Shown one piece after another: positions 1 through 13,957 of a stretch of DNA of 64,000 nucleotides. This DNA is from Chrysomallon squamiferum (lineage: Eukaryota > Animalia > Mollusca). The stretch is taken from positions 14,508,001 to 14,572,000 of the forward strand of contig CM022673.1 in NCBI GenBank assembly GCA_012295275.1, in the 5' to 3' direction. Position numbers and translations under genes: made by a program. The notes under the pieces were generated by a model, which saw only the letters and a list, made by a program, of their open reading frames with translations, made no database searches and was not told the origin of the DNA. Numbering within the stretch: position 1 is the first letter of the stretch; every line of letters begins with the position of its first letter.

Positions 1-899
1 TCTAAATCGTCCTATTTTTTTCTCATAAATGAAGACTTAATGAAATATTTCTATATTGCAACAATTACTACTACCAGTACTACTTCTGCTACTTACTAAT
101 ATATATATATATATTGTTTCAAAAGACTTGTAGAAAGAAAAACACTAGTTCAGTTAACAGAAATAACTACATAAAATGCGCTTTTACTCGGATTTGATCC
201 TCGGTTCTCTCACGTCTGGGGGGTAAATTACCACGACAGAAGACGGTGAGTGACTTGAAATGAACATCACAAACAGTTTACTATCGGCATCAGTCTCTGC
301 GTACATGCTGCTAATTGGTAAGGAAGCATCTCTCAGTACAATGTTTCTTACATTTTCCAAATGACACGAGCACAATAAAGCTGTCGTCTGCACACGGTGG
401 TTCCGCGAACCTCTTCCAGTCCATTTAGCGCCAGCCAGGAGATCTACTTATACGATCACAATGGCTATTAATCAAATTTAATTAAATAATTGGCTACAAC
501 AGAGGTTGGAAAATCTCGGGATATTGCTGGAAGTAACGTATCAAAACAAGCTGCCCTCGGCCAGTCGACTCTGACAGGAAGTCGGGCTGCAAGTGTTGGC
601 AGATGGTGGTCAAATCAATATGGCCTCACTTCCGGTTGACGCTGCTTTCCGAAGATGGTTAATTTGCGAATCGTTTACGCTACAACGTCCACGATGTTCA
701 AATCGTGGTGAATTAAAGTTAGACATGGTTCGGAAACAGCTACTTCTGTTGTGTGATGTTGGAGATAATCGGTCAAGCGTGAAGCGAATGTGTAAATTAA
801 GCAACAGCCGTGGCTGGATTTAGAACGTGTGTAGACGAAACGTGTTTCACAGGGGAAGACGTGGAGTTGACAGGGAGGGGAGCATGAAAAGTAAAGAGG

Positions 900-1180
900 A
901 AAGGAAATAACCAGAACGATATTTTAAAACATGTGAGAGAATGACAGACAGAGCCTCAGACAGAGAGACAGTGGACAGAATGACAAACAGGCAATGTACA
1001 GACGTATATTAAAAGACATATAAAAAGAGATACAGCAGACATATAGACATATGGACAAACAAACACACATAGACAGACACAGATACAGACAGACAGGGAG
1101 GCAGCAAGACAGAGAGACAGACAGACAGTAAACAAAGAGAAAGGATATATAGACAGATAGATTATACAGAGAAACAGACA
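900..1180. repeat. Degenerate (GACA/GA)n purine-rich simple repeat
   Basis: Runs of agacagac and gagagaca; these explain the spurious minus-strand ORFs 924-1211 and 956-1204. Confidence 0.8.
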
Positions 1181-2164
1181 AACGTTTCTGATGATATGTT
1201 GCATGGCTCATTGCAGATAACAGAGAAATATTTCGATTTTAAAATATATGTTTTGCAGCTGAGACAATGAATCTGCTAGAGCTAGAGTCCACGTTTCGAC
1301 ATTCTTCATTACTATTCAACAAAGTTTCTTTTTAAAACACACCATTTTTATACGTTATAGTGTATAGTTTTTAAAACACGGGACTGCACAGTTTGACTGA
1401 TATATAATGAATGAACGTGTTTAAAAGGTGAATGTAAACAAAGTTTGCTAGTTAAAGATTGGCAATGACTATAATATTCAGCTAATAAACAAAATGTATG
1501 TGTCTGTGGTGAAATCACTGCCGAATGTGAACTATTCTTTTAATTAAACTTCAGTTCACACTCAATAAAATAATTAAAATCACGCGAGATAAAACACACA
1601 GATGAAACGATTCGTGGTGGGTGCGTGTCAGTGGTAGTTTACCCACTCCATTGATCCACTTTCACGGATCTCATCTCGAGAGTCTTTTTTTTTTTTTTTT
1701 TTTTTTCTGTTTTGAAAATCCCAGTCTTTTCTTTTTTTCTTTTTTTTCATTTTGTGAGAAGCGATGAATGCAATACTCATTAGTTCAGCTTCTAAATTGC
1801 CTATTTTGTGATTTCGAGTAGAAAAAAACACCTCTGACGATAAGCCTACTTCTGCCAGCTAACAACAGCAGAGTGGCCATATTTCAGCGTGGAGGGACAA
1901 CACGTCACTCTGATACTTTTATGAGAGGTATTACCGCCAACACCATATTGTCGTAGTGAGACTTGGCTAATTCTACTAACGGTACTTAAGTAAGCAATTT
2001 AGCGCACAGTTTCCAGTTACGTCAGTGAGATCCGTCAAAGAGGAGTTTCCGTCAACAATCATTGTCTCCCCTGTCGATATGATGACGTATTAATACTCTC
2101 AGTCTATCAGCACGGTTAATCACATTATTAGAAATCACATCTTAATGTATTTTTCTACTCATTA

Positions 2165-2229
2165 TATAGACATGACACATACATACATACATTCATATAC
2201 ATATGCATATATACAAACATATATATATA

Positions 2230-2260
<31 letters not shown>

Positions 2261-2400
2261 GTGAATGTGTGTATATATACATATACACACACATATACAA
2301 ATTCATACATACGTTCATATATACATACAGACTTGCGTACGTAGAAACGTACGTACGTACATATTTGCATACACACATACAGGCGCACAGATAGATACAT
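2165..2400. repeat. Compound (CATA)/(TA)/(TG)/(CA) microsatellite
   Basis: Alternating purine-pyrimidine repeats read directly from the sequence. Confidence 0.9.
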
Positions 2401-3452
2401 ATTCAAAAAGACATACTGATAGACTATGGTGCCGATATAGTGCACCATAAATATTTTTAAAAAAGGAAATAGAAAAAGATAAAAAAAAAAAAAAAAAAAA
2501 ATGTGGTTGAGAAAAAGAAGAAAAGGTATATATATAAAAAAAAAGAACAAACAAGAAAAATGAACCTATTTGACACTATTATTAAAGGTCATAGTTTAGA
2601 CCTGTAAAGAAAACGGTGTCAGCTGTTAGTAATATTTTGTAAATGTTAGCTCGCTTAAACAAGTGTGTTCTCGCATCAAACAAAACGTTTTCATTTGCGC
2701 ATCTGTCTTCTTCAAACTGTTTTCATCTCAATCACTTCATTTAATAACCGACGTCAGTTTAGCGGAATTTTGTAAACTTACAGTACGGCTTATAAATAGA
2801 CGTTTGAAACCTTGCTCATATTACTCGTATTTACCAATCAAATTGACCCTGATTTTCTTCTACGTTTTTCGCATGTGATTGACACGTGATGAGCCTGCAT
2901 GGCAGAATTAGCACACCATACCTCATTTCGATTGGCATTATGACAAAAGTGATCCAATACCAAAGGCATTTTTTTTTTTTTTTTTTTTTTTTTAAATCGA
3001 TAATACAAATTGTGAAATCTCAAAGTGGGATGCAGCCTCGATTGTTTATACGTTTTGCAGTCAGCTTTAAGAATAGAGACTCTGATACTGAAAGTGGGGG
3101 GTTTTAAAATCGTATCCTGAAGCAAACCCTTACAGCCGATAAATGAAGATATTTAAAACCGGTACTTTAACTCTTCTAAGTAAATCATTTTACAAATTAA
3201 TTTAGAAATTTGAGAACTGCAGTAACACGTGAATACAACATGTGTATTTCATTAGAATTTGCCTTGACAAGTTCGGATAGAGAAATAATCTTCAAAAGAT
3301 GAATATCTTTGCAATAAAGAAAATACAGCTGCAAAACATTTCATTTGCTTCTTTCTTTTTTTTTTTCTTTATTATACAAATTACGTGAGTAGACGTTTGA
3401 ATTGAAGACCTTTGATAAAAATAAAAATAATATATATATATATACCAAAAAT

Positions 3453-3555
<103 letters not shown>

Positions 3556-4646
3556 ATTAATCTCTGGCTGATATTTTCATGCGTTTAAGACAAAAGAGTT
3601 CCGCTAACCTCGCTCTGAGTTCCGTTTAAAACGATGAGTTTTACTGGTTCAGCACGAAGCAACTGATACATTTTCACTAAACATAACGATCTTTTTTATT
3701 GGGTTCACGCGAAATGACTGATACGTTGTTTTTTTCACTTTGAGTAAGTCTGACATAACTCACATTTCAAACGTGACATTAATGCAAACTGTGATTAATG
3801 TCTTTAAAAACATCGCCATGAAATCGTTTTAGTCCGAGATGCATTACATTCAGCCCGGGTTTATTAAACATTTGTCATTTTCAAACGTCATTACGGGCCA
3901 GTTTATTAAATTGGCGTGGAGTCATTCCATCCCGGCAGATGACGTTGTAATGGCTGTTGTGTTGTATGACAGGTAGATGGTGCTGCAACGTAGTGTACAC
4001 GACAACATATCTGACAAGGTTTTTTTACTAATCACAGTTATTATTAGTGTTTGATTGATTGGACACTCCACACACGTATATTATAAGTCAAAACCGTCTC
4101 GCTTAACCATTAAAAGCATAAAACAATTTTTTAAAATTATATATATAAAAAAAAATGTTTATACAAAGTTAAATCACTTAGCAAGTTTTCACGTTCTAAA
4201 AACTTAAAAAGTGAAAAAACTGAAAATAAAAAAATAATATTTTCTTTACAAAGTCAAAAGTGTGAGATGCAGCTAACGTATATTTATTTATTTGTTTGTT
4301 TCTTTGTACCCATTTTAACAACAACACCAATAACACAATCAAACCACAACAACGATGACGATAGTAATAACACTAATAATAGTAGTAGGAGTAGTAGTAG
4401 TTGAAGAAGCAACTGCAGTAGCTGTAGTAATAATAAAGTAAATATAACAATTACAATAACAACACTACTACTATTACTACTACTAACAATAGTAATAAAT
4501 AATAAATATAATCTTTGAATAGATGCTAGTATAAATAAGAACTCTCGTGTTTTTTTTTTTTTGTTGATGACGTAATAACAGAAACCGGACTACAGTTGTA
4601 CCATGCAGCAGCATCTTTATTTCGAATAAACAATAAAGCGTCGGTT

Positions 4647-4700
<54 letters not shown>

Positions 4701-4702
4701 AC

Positions 4703-4802
4703 GTTTCCCGAGCAACCAAATGAATGACGTCATCCAACCTAACAGCATACCAACTAAACCGCTCATTTGGTGCTATTTCATTGGTCCGCCGTAACCAATC
4801 AG
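4703..4802. promoter_or_regulatory. Candidate cis-regulatory module: RFX X-box-like site, CRE and two CCAAT boxes
   Basis: GTTTCCCGAGCAAC 4703-4716, TGACGTCA 4725-4732, ATTGG 4780-4784 and CCAATCAG 4795-4802 lie within 100 bp. Motif matches only. Confidence 0.4.
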
Positions 4803-6976
4803 CTGTGACTTACTGAGATGGAGAATGATACATTTCAGAATTGGAGAATAAGCAGATCAGTATCCTTATGATATTAACAAAAACAAATATTTTAATGTGT
4901 TCTTTTTCTTTTTCTTTATTACTTTTTTTGTTTTTTACTCATATAATTTTTTCCAGCATTCGTTTCTTCGTGTAATGCAACTTACTTCACTGAATTTACA
5001 ATTCTTTTCTTCGTTTATGCTAACGCAGAACAACAAAAAAAAAAAATAAACATCCTACATCACTGCTGAAAACATTTTATAAAATGGCACAGTGTATAAA
5101 AAAAAAAAAAAAAAAAAAAAAAGAAATTGAAAGAAATAATAAATAAAGAAATAATAAATAAAGAAATAAATAGCTTTTCTTGTCTCTTTATTTTTTCTTT
5201 GTTTCTTTCTTCTGCTTTGTATTAATGTTTAACGAAGAGATTTATTTTTCATGTCTGAAATGTAATTCAAACATCACTTGGATTCTAAATTAGGTTTTTA
5301 TACCATTTCATTGTAAATATATTTTAATAATAATAAAAAGATAAAAAAAAAAAAAAAAAACGTCAATTACAAATATTCTGGAGAATCAACAAAGAATGAT
5401 GTGTTATTTGGAAGTAAATATGTTTTTGTCACGCGTTTTCTTGTCTAAATCTGAAATATGACAAACCCTAATCGCAAATATATTGTTTAGCTGTGAATGT
5501 TGGTTATTTATTTAGTTTTAAATGTGATATTATGTTGGATTTAAACTCTTAAACTCTAATAAGAGACTGTGATGTCGTCACTTTGAATTTGTTTGTTTGT
5601 TTGTATGTTTGTTTATTTGTCAATTTTTCATTTATTTTTGAATCAAAAGTTATGCCAAACATCCCTTGAACACTATCAAGACAGAACTATGGTTTTAATC
5701 TTAATGTAAGTAAAATAATTTATTTATTTGTTTATTTTTTTTTTAAACTGAGACGTTATTATGACACTAACATCTCTTGAACTGACAACAGAGAGCGGCG
5801 GTAAATGTGATTCCGTAATTAAATGATGTCACATCGCGTGCTGTGACGTGTTACGAGTTAACCCTTCCTGTGACAAGTCTTCAGACTAATATTAACATGA
5901 CATGACTTCAGCCTTGACAAACAGAAATCTCTGTACTTATTACATTTCTTACAGTCGTTTGCAAATCCCCGAACGGCAACCGGCAATTTGCGCGCAAAAT
6001 AGCCAATTTTCTGTCTTTACGTAGTTTCCCCCATAGCTGTCAGCGCTCCACCTGATTAAGAATTGTGAGTGCATGAGCGAAGTCCTGTCTATTGTCGTAT
6101 GTTACTTACACGTTGTTACTTTCTGTTAAAAAAAAATATTCTGTATGTTTATTTTATTTTAGCTGTATAGTCGTCCCATATCGTATAAGTTCTGTAGTGG
6201 AAATATTTAAAAACAACAGCAAAAACTTAATAAATATTGTAGAATGCTGGTTCATTCAAGGACACTTTGAACTAATTTTATTCATAAATAACTTTAGCCG
6301 CGTTTATACCTAGGTTGCCAAGTTTGTTTGGTTGTTTAAATCTTTATTTAATATTTAATTAGCACTGATAAATTCCAAATTAAGAATATAAATACGAAAG
6401 ACACATATTTAATTTCAACAACAAGTCATCAAACTAAATATAAACTTGATTAATTTCTCTTCATTTTTTGAAAACATTCTCAACACAATCTCTTTGTAAC
6501 CTAAGCATTTCTGTAAAACAATGATGGATTTTTAACAACAAAAGTCAGCTTTTTTTTTTTTTTTTTTTTTTACCGACTGTGTTTTTCTTTCTGGACGTGC
6601 GAAGTTAAACGTCGAATGCAATTTTCCCAAGAAATTGCTAAATTAAGGACATAACGCCTGTATTACCGGCAGTGAGCGGAAAACCTCGCCCCAGGCGCCT
6701 ACCGCTGCGACAGTGTGCACCATTTGTCTCTGTGGTAATCCACTTAACTGATCCCACTCTTCCAACTTTACCAGCTTTTCTTGATATTTCCTCTGTGTGT
6801 GTGTGCGTGTGTTGTGTGCGCGCAAGTTTTTGTCTACGCATATACTTGTAATATAATCTAACCCATCTGTTAGTCCATTCCACAACACACCCGTCCATCC
6901 ATGAAAAAGTGTGTAAGTCAGTCTTCCTGTCCTTCTTTATATGTATATTCACACATATGTATGTCTTACTGTCTGC

Positions 6977-7069
<93 letters not shown>

Positions 7070-7127
7070 AATCTATCTGTCTGTCTATCTATCTATCTAT
7101 CTGTCTATCTATCTATCTATCTATCTG

Positions 7128-7162
<35 letters not shown>
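6977..7162. repeat. (CTAT)n tetranucleotide microsatellite
   Basis: Long CTAT run with CTGT interruptions; source of the LSIY-repeat ORFs. Confidence 0.98.
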
Positions 7163-7621
7163 GACTGTCTGTATATATGTCTGTCTGTTTATCTAATCGA
7201 CTGACAGATGATTTGTTTTTTCACCTGTTTGTCACTTTTTGACTCTCTCTGTCAGTGTGTCTGTATTCTTATCCTCTGCCCCCCTCCCCCCACACAGAAG
7301 CAGACGATTCCCTCCCATAAGACAAGAACAACAGATGAAAGTAATTTATAATAATTTTTTATTTCTACATTGACATTGTCACAGTGACTTGTATGAGAGA
7401 ACACAATGATCTTAGTCTGTGAATATATATATATTTTTTTATTATTATTTTTTTTATTATTATTATTTTTTGATGAGTTTCTTATTTGTCTGTGATTACT
7501 GGCGTCGAGGACAACTCGTTTGGAAATGATACACAATTACATCATGGAAATAAAATAAAATAAAAAGCAAAGAATGTTTATATATATAAAATGAAGCAAT
7601 TAAAATATTAAATGTTTAATT

Positions 7622-7683
7622 AAATAATAATAATAATAATAATAATAATAACGATAATAATAATACAAATAATACTAATAACG

Positions 7684-7740
<57 letters not shown>

Positions 7741-7765
7741 GAAGTAACAATAGTAATAATAATTA
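7622..7765. repeat. (AAT)n microsatellite
   Basis: Interrupted AAT trinucleotide run. Confidence 0.95.
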
Positions 7766-9059
7766 TAATTAAAAAAGAAACCAGGTCTTCAGAGTGTAAG
7801 TTTTTCTTCAGGGAAGACTTTGTAATAGATGAAGACTGGTTTTGTAAAGCGGTGCGCTGTGGCCTGAGTTACAGTGGATGCAACTTGGTACTCGGTGTGG
7901 GGTTCTGACTGCAAACTCGATACTCGATCTGGACTGAGCCGGTAACTCCAGCGTACTCCGGAGTAAACGTTACAAAGTGGAGCAAGCCGCACGAACTGCA
8001 CCAAGTAAAATGAGTGCAAATTGATATAATTATCCCGAAGTCGTTCACTTAAAATAATCACATTTGTGGTTTTCATGAATTTTTTTTTTTTTAAATTACA
8101 CATTAGAAGCGAAGTGTAGTTTGTTGGTTATTTAACAAATAAAATAATCACGTGAAATTACACTCAAAATTAAAGGTTTAAAATCGTAATTTGTCAAAAC
8201 ATTTGTTACCGAAGAGTCTGGCCACCTCAGAAGTTATTTCAATGAACGGCTGTTTGATTAATTTCTCTGACGTAAATATGCAAATCCAGATACACGTGCG
8301 TTATCGACAACTGTTGTTAATTTATGTGACACGCAGTCTTGTTGTTGTAAACATCAAGTATTGCGTTACGAAATCAGATCTATGTAGTCATTACACGTGG
8401 CGTCGTATAACTTGATTTTTCCCGTGCACGTGAAATCAATGTTAAATAAACGTAATATGACTCGGTCAATAAATGAAATTATTTCAAATTTATAACATTA
8501 GCTATGGGTAATGACACGATATTTATTATTTATTTTTTTATTTATTGTTATTTGTTTTCGCTAATATTGACGTTTTAATGCGCTTTATCAAAATAATGTT
8601 TCTACTGTGGCTTGTTTGTTATATGAAATATTTGATTTTATATTTTAGAACACGGTTAATATGTAAATTAAAAGACTACTTGAAAGTCGGAGAATTAATT
8701 GTACATACACAAACGCGCGCGTGTGTAATTTATATAATAGTAGAAAAGAAATTAAATACAAAGTTGTGACATAGCTGTATTTAATATGGCAGTGTTTGAT
8801 AAACGTGTATTTAAAACGCTAACACGTTGAAGACTAATAGATGTTTGACAGTAATGTGTAGTTAGCAATTCTTACACGAAACACCAATGTCTTCTGTCAC
8901 CGCCTGCTTTAAAATATTAACACAAAAGTGATTTTCAAAACAAAAAAATATTCATATTGCAAGTAAAATACGCGTCATCCATTGTACAACTAATAAAAGA
9001 ATTAATGTATTAAACAATACTTCTTACACAAAAAAAGTAAATAGATATGTATAAACTGA

Positions 9060-9131
9060 AAGTTTTAAGTATTGAATAACCATGCAATGGTATATATAAA
9101 TATATTATTATTATTGTTGTTGTTGTTGTTG

Positions 9132-9178
<47 letters not shown>

Positions 9179-9349
9179 GAGATGATGATGATGATACCAA
9201 TAATAATAAAAATAAAGATATAAAAATAAAAATAAATAAATTAATTAATAAAAGAAAATCACATAAAAGAAAAAAGTATGGATTCATGTTTTAATGTATT
9301 AAATAACTATGAAATTAACTATATATATATATACATACACATAATAAGG

Positions 9350-9418
<69 letters not shown>

Positions 9419-9495
9419 GAGATAATGATGATAGCAACAATAATAAAAAAAAATAAATAAATAAAAGAAAAAAGTATTAAATAACCAAGCAATTA
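9060..9495. repeat. Degenerate tandem duplication (about 200-240 bp unit), each copy containing an (ATT)n tract
   Basis: Anchor gtatt(g/a)aataac(c/t)a recurs near 9069, 9296 and 9474. Both (ATT)n tracts end in ttatagagat(g/a)atgatg and are followed by ataaaagaaaaaagtat. Confidence 0.7.
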
Positions 9496-10699
9496 GCTGT
9501 ATCAAAGTAAACATCTGTGATCTGAGTTTTTACTGACGGGTTTACTCAGATTAATTATAAAGTTTCATGTCTTATTGACGCCAACCGATTATTTTTTTAT
9601 CCATTTTTTTTTTTTTTTTTATCGCGAAGAAGACTGCTTGTGGTTTGAGTTACATTCTGTTAATTATTAATCGATTTTGATAAATAAAACATTTATATCT
9701 TTTCCACCTTTACTTGTTTCATTGACTATCACAGTTTGAATGTTTTAATTTTGTTACACAGGTTTTATTACAGCATGAATATTTAAAATTAATTTAATTC
9801 TACAGTAGAAAATATCTCTCTCTCAGTGTATCCCTGCTATTGTGTACATGTATGTTTTACTCTGTATAAATGTTTGTGTACACACATACATAATACATAA
9901 ATTCACACACAAACAAACATAAAAACATATTTACATATATATACATAAATACATTTTTACATACACACACATACATACATACATACATACATATACATAT
10001 ACATATGAGTTTGTTGTTATGGATACATGTTAAGTATAATTGTTACTATAATGAGATACTTTCATACTGTACTAAATGGTTATTTACGATGAGTGTAAGA
10101 TTATTTAATCAAGTATATTTCATATCTGATTATCAAAATAAATCCATTCAGTCATTATTTAATTCTCAAACCATTCCATCGTTTAGAGTCGCCATCATAA
10201 TCATGAACTGCGTAATTCCGACATTGCCCTAACGTCGTACGGTATCTCTAAAGAAGAAAATACAATTTGAAATTATTATTATTATATTTATTCAGTATCT
10301 GGGGACTGGCGTAGTGAGATTCCTATCTTATTTAAATGTTTTGATTACCCAGCCGTGTTTGTTTTATAAAATTCTTAATACTAATTTTCGTCGATGGTCA
10401 ACAGAGCGTGGACACAAAAAAAAATAAAAATAAAATAAAAGCAGAGAAAATCCCAACAGACAAATCCCAAATCACTTGTTGTAAATGTGGACAAAACCTC
10501 TAACTTAACACAAAAATATACAAAAACATTACTAGCATGACTCGTAGTAAGTTTCTGAAACAAAAATTCATGAAGAAATAAAAAATAATAATAAAAAAAA
10601 AACAGTCCCTTTTCTATCAACTAACACTTCTCAGAAAGAAATGACTGCTTTTATTTTATTTTTTTCTCAACAATGCAACTCATCCTTATACCCCTGCAG

Positions 10700-10712
10700 A
10701 TGACTACATCCT
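10700..10712 (+). CDS. Candidate 13-nt coding microexon (ATG ACT ACA TCC T; phase 0 in, phase 1 out)
   Basis: Acceptor ccttatacccctgcag, exon ATGACTACATCCT, donor gtaagt. A phase-1 exit joins the 13958 exon in the frame that gives a hydrophobic C-terminus. Confidence 0.45.
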
Positions 10713-11684
10713 GTAAGTACTTTATACCAACTGCTGTTCAAGCTTAAATATATTAAACATCCAAGCATGATACTTCTTGATGTGCAAGTTTCTTTGTTTT
10801 TAATGAAAGCAAACACGTTATGGTCAGTAGTAACAGTTGTTTGTAAACTTATTATCCAGGCACGGAGAAAGTCAAGTCACATTTCATTTCTAAATGTTGC
10901 TCAGATTAGTTGGGAAATTTGTCATTTGGAATTTTTTCTTGGGTACATCCAAAATTTCTATCAAGAAAACGAGTGAAATGGTCGACTCAAAAGGGTCCAA
11001 AACATTCCACTTATCTCAGAAATGTTGTCAAAGGAATCAGTTTAAATCTTTTCAGAATATACGCAATATATTTTTTTTTTTTTTTTTTTTATTCTCTCTC
11101 TTGTTTTTCCCATTTTTTTCAAAGTGACGGACCTTCACCTTCGCTGGTTATCACAGACCACGATATGCGATAGCAATTAAGCTTAATCCAGCACAGTCAG
11201 TTTAATCTACTGGAGATTTGTTAGAGGCAAATATTCAATTTATTACTTTTTTTCTAAAGTTCTCAGATTACTGTCGGATATTGTTAAAGAAAAACAATTT
11301 GTGTTGAATCTAATCTTCAGTATTAAAAACATTTAACAATGGTTTATTCTTTTGCGGCTTTTACCTAATATTTCCTCTTATAGAAAATTAATTATTTCAC
11401 AGAACAGCGATAACAAACAGAGACTTATCTCTGCATCTAGACTCTTACACTGGGTATCTTTTTCTGTCTCTCGCTGTCTACAGTCAGTCAGAAACATCAC
11501 ATTTGACTGAAAGACTGTGAAAACTTTCAGATTAGAAGATTTCTAACTCAATGCAGAAGACTGACACAAACACATCCTCTCACACTGAACAGTCGTAAAC
11601 TTTACTCATTTCAGTATCAACGTTTAATTGTTTCTTTATTTTTGTTCTGTACATACGATTTAAAGAGCACTATAAATACAAACA

Positions 11685-11686
<2 letters not shown>

Positions 11687-11775
<89 letters not shown>

Positions 11776-11776
11776 T
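11687..11776. repeat. (TC)n(TA)n compound microsatellite
   Basis: Read directly from the sequence. Confidence 0.97.
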
Positions 11777-13957
11777 AGAGTGTTTTTTTTCTCAAAAGTA
11801 ATACTTTTTTCTGTCTACTTACATAAAGATCCATTCACCTACCACCCGGCCAATCAGTCAACCAACGAACCAAACAACCACCCACCTGCCTACCTACTTA
11901 CCTACATACCTGCCTACCTACCTATCAGCATCTGTAAGTACTGCTAAAAACCTATCTTAACAACAATACATGACTGTACTTACTTTTCAGCTTACAAACT
12001 GTCTGTCTGTCCTATTGATATCTGTTATTGAATACACACTAATGTAGTTTATTTAAACGGCTAAGCAGATTTCTTAAGCACACTAGTGTTAACGTACTGG
12101 TGTGTAGATAAACACGTGTGTCTAGTTAAAAGGAAATCTATTGTCAGCTCATCACACATGGCCGGTCTTCTTGTACAAGAAGATTTTCTGTCTGTCCACG
12201 TGATTTGCTCCCAGTACTCGTACAAACACAATTTATATGATTACGTGACAAAAGTACATTTCTGACGCCATTCAGACTCAGACGGGACAGCTCTGTCGCA
12301 GACGTGTTGATTGCGGCAAATTTCACATCACAAACAACAGCACAACACTCTTGAAAACGGTTTGAATTTGCACGCCATTCAGATGAGATCCCGACAACAT
12401 CTCCTATCAGAGAAGAATCACAAGAAAAATTAACCTAATCGTTTGGTATTATTATACAGAGAAAACAAAAATATCCCAGCTTATTATTTAGAACTGTATT
12501 ATGTAATGTAGACATACTGTCACTTTCTGCGTATGTTTCTATGTGTCTGTCTGTCTGTCTGCCTCGGTGAATATGTATGTCTGTGCGCGTCTAGTCCTTT
12601 CTTATTTTTCTTTGCTTTCTTATATTCGTTTTGAAGGTTTCTAATTCTGTGAGTTAATGTAATATTAATTTCGTAAATTGTTGAACAGTCCAAAAACAAC
12701 CAACCAATAAATAAATAAATAAATAAATAAATAAATAGAAGAAAAGAAAAGAAAGAGAAGAAAAGTCAAATAAAAGATTCTAGACAACTCTTTACGTGCC
12801 TAGAGTCTTTACAGTTTTTAGAGTCAGTGAAAATTGATGGCGCAGATTTCTAGGTTAAAACGAAATAAAAGTGTGACTTAATCAGTCCCATGTCAGAAGT
12901 GTAATGCCTGAGAGCAAAGTGCGAAGACGGTTTTATGAGAACTGTAATTTTATTTTTAACAAGATGGTGCGCCTAAAATTGGAGTAATTTAACACAGACA
13001 GCACACCTTGAACAAGATGTCCTTGACTGCATTTTGACTGTGTCGCTAACAACAATTTTCAGACTGACACCAGAACATCTCCGACTGTTTATATCTCTCG
13101 GATCACAGAGAGGGAACTGAAGGCTAAGACTGGAGATGTCTGAAAGAAACTAGTTTTGAAGAAATCAAAAAAGTTTGGAACAAAATCCGACTGAATGTGA
13201 GTGGAGGGGAGTCACCGATATCTTTTTAACAAAAACATTAACGTAAATAAAGCTTATCTTGTTTTGCTTTTCATTCGTTATTATGATGATGTCATTATTT
13301 ATATGGTTTTACCTGCATAACTGTAAATAAACAAATAAATCACAAATGCTTATTAGTGCTAAAATACTGTTAATGATAATATGATCATTATTGATGCCGT
13401 AATCAAATAGAACTTGGCTGACTGTTATTTATTTATCTATTTATTTATACGTATGTTTATTTATCTCTTTAAGCGATTTGTATTTTATGTTGTTTATTTT
13501 TCTTTAAACAGTGTCAGTTTGTTAATCTTGTCAGAACATTTGTTTTTTTTAAAAAATGCATACAGCTCTAATCATTCCGATCTTCTTCTAAATCAGCCAA
13601 ATAAAATTAGATGGAGTGAATCTGTCTTTTTTTAAAAAAACATTTCCAGCAGTTGTGAAAAGAAATGCTCCGAGTAACTAAAGCAAACAAAGCCGTGGGC
13701 TGAAGTCATTTAGGCTACGTTATCAGTCAGTATAAAAGTTGACATTTGCAACGAGATTGTTTCTCAACACTTTCTGTGAAAACTCTGGTGTTCTTTGAAG
13801 TTATTTAATATTTTCTAACAAGTCAATGTTTGAAAACGATCTCGTGTTTTCTCAAGCCTCAGCCCAAAACCTGTTGACATTGGTGAACGTCAGTCGATGT
13901 TTTCAATCGTCAGTTCACTCGTGTATGTGTTTGCTGTTTGACTAACTTCTTCCTCAG

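Noticed and set aside
184-393. 69-aa minus ORF and a + strand donor ACG|GTGAGT at 246
   Set aside because: No recognisable protein and no acceptor that gives an open + frame into the donor.
11929-11933. Apparent 5-nt microexon (cctatcag|CATCT|gtaagt)
   Set aside because: The acceptor is made of decayed (CCTA)n repeat, and inclusion would break the frame linking 10712 to 13958. Likely chance.
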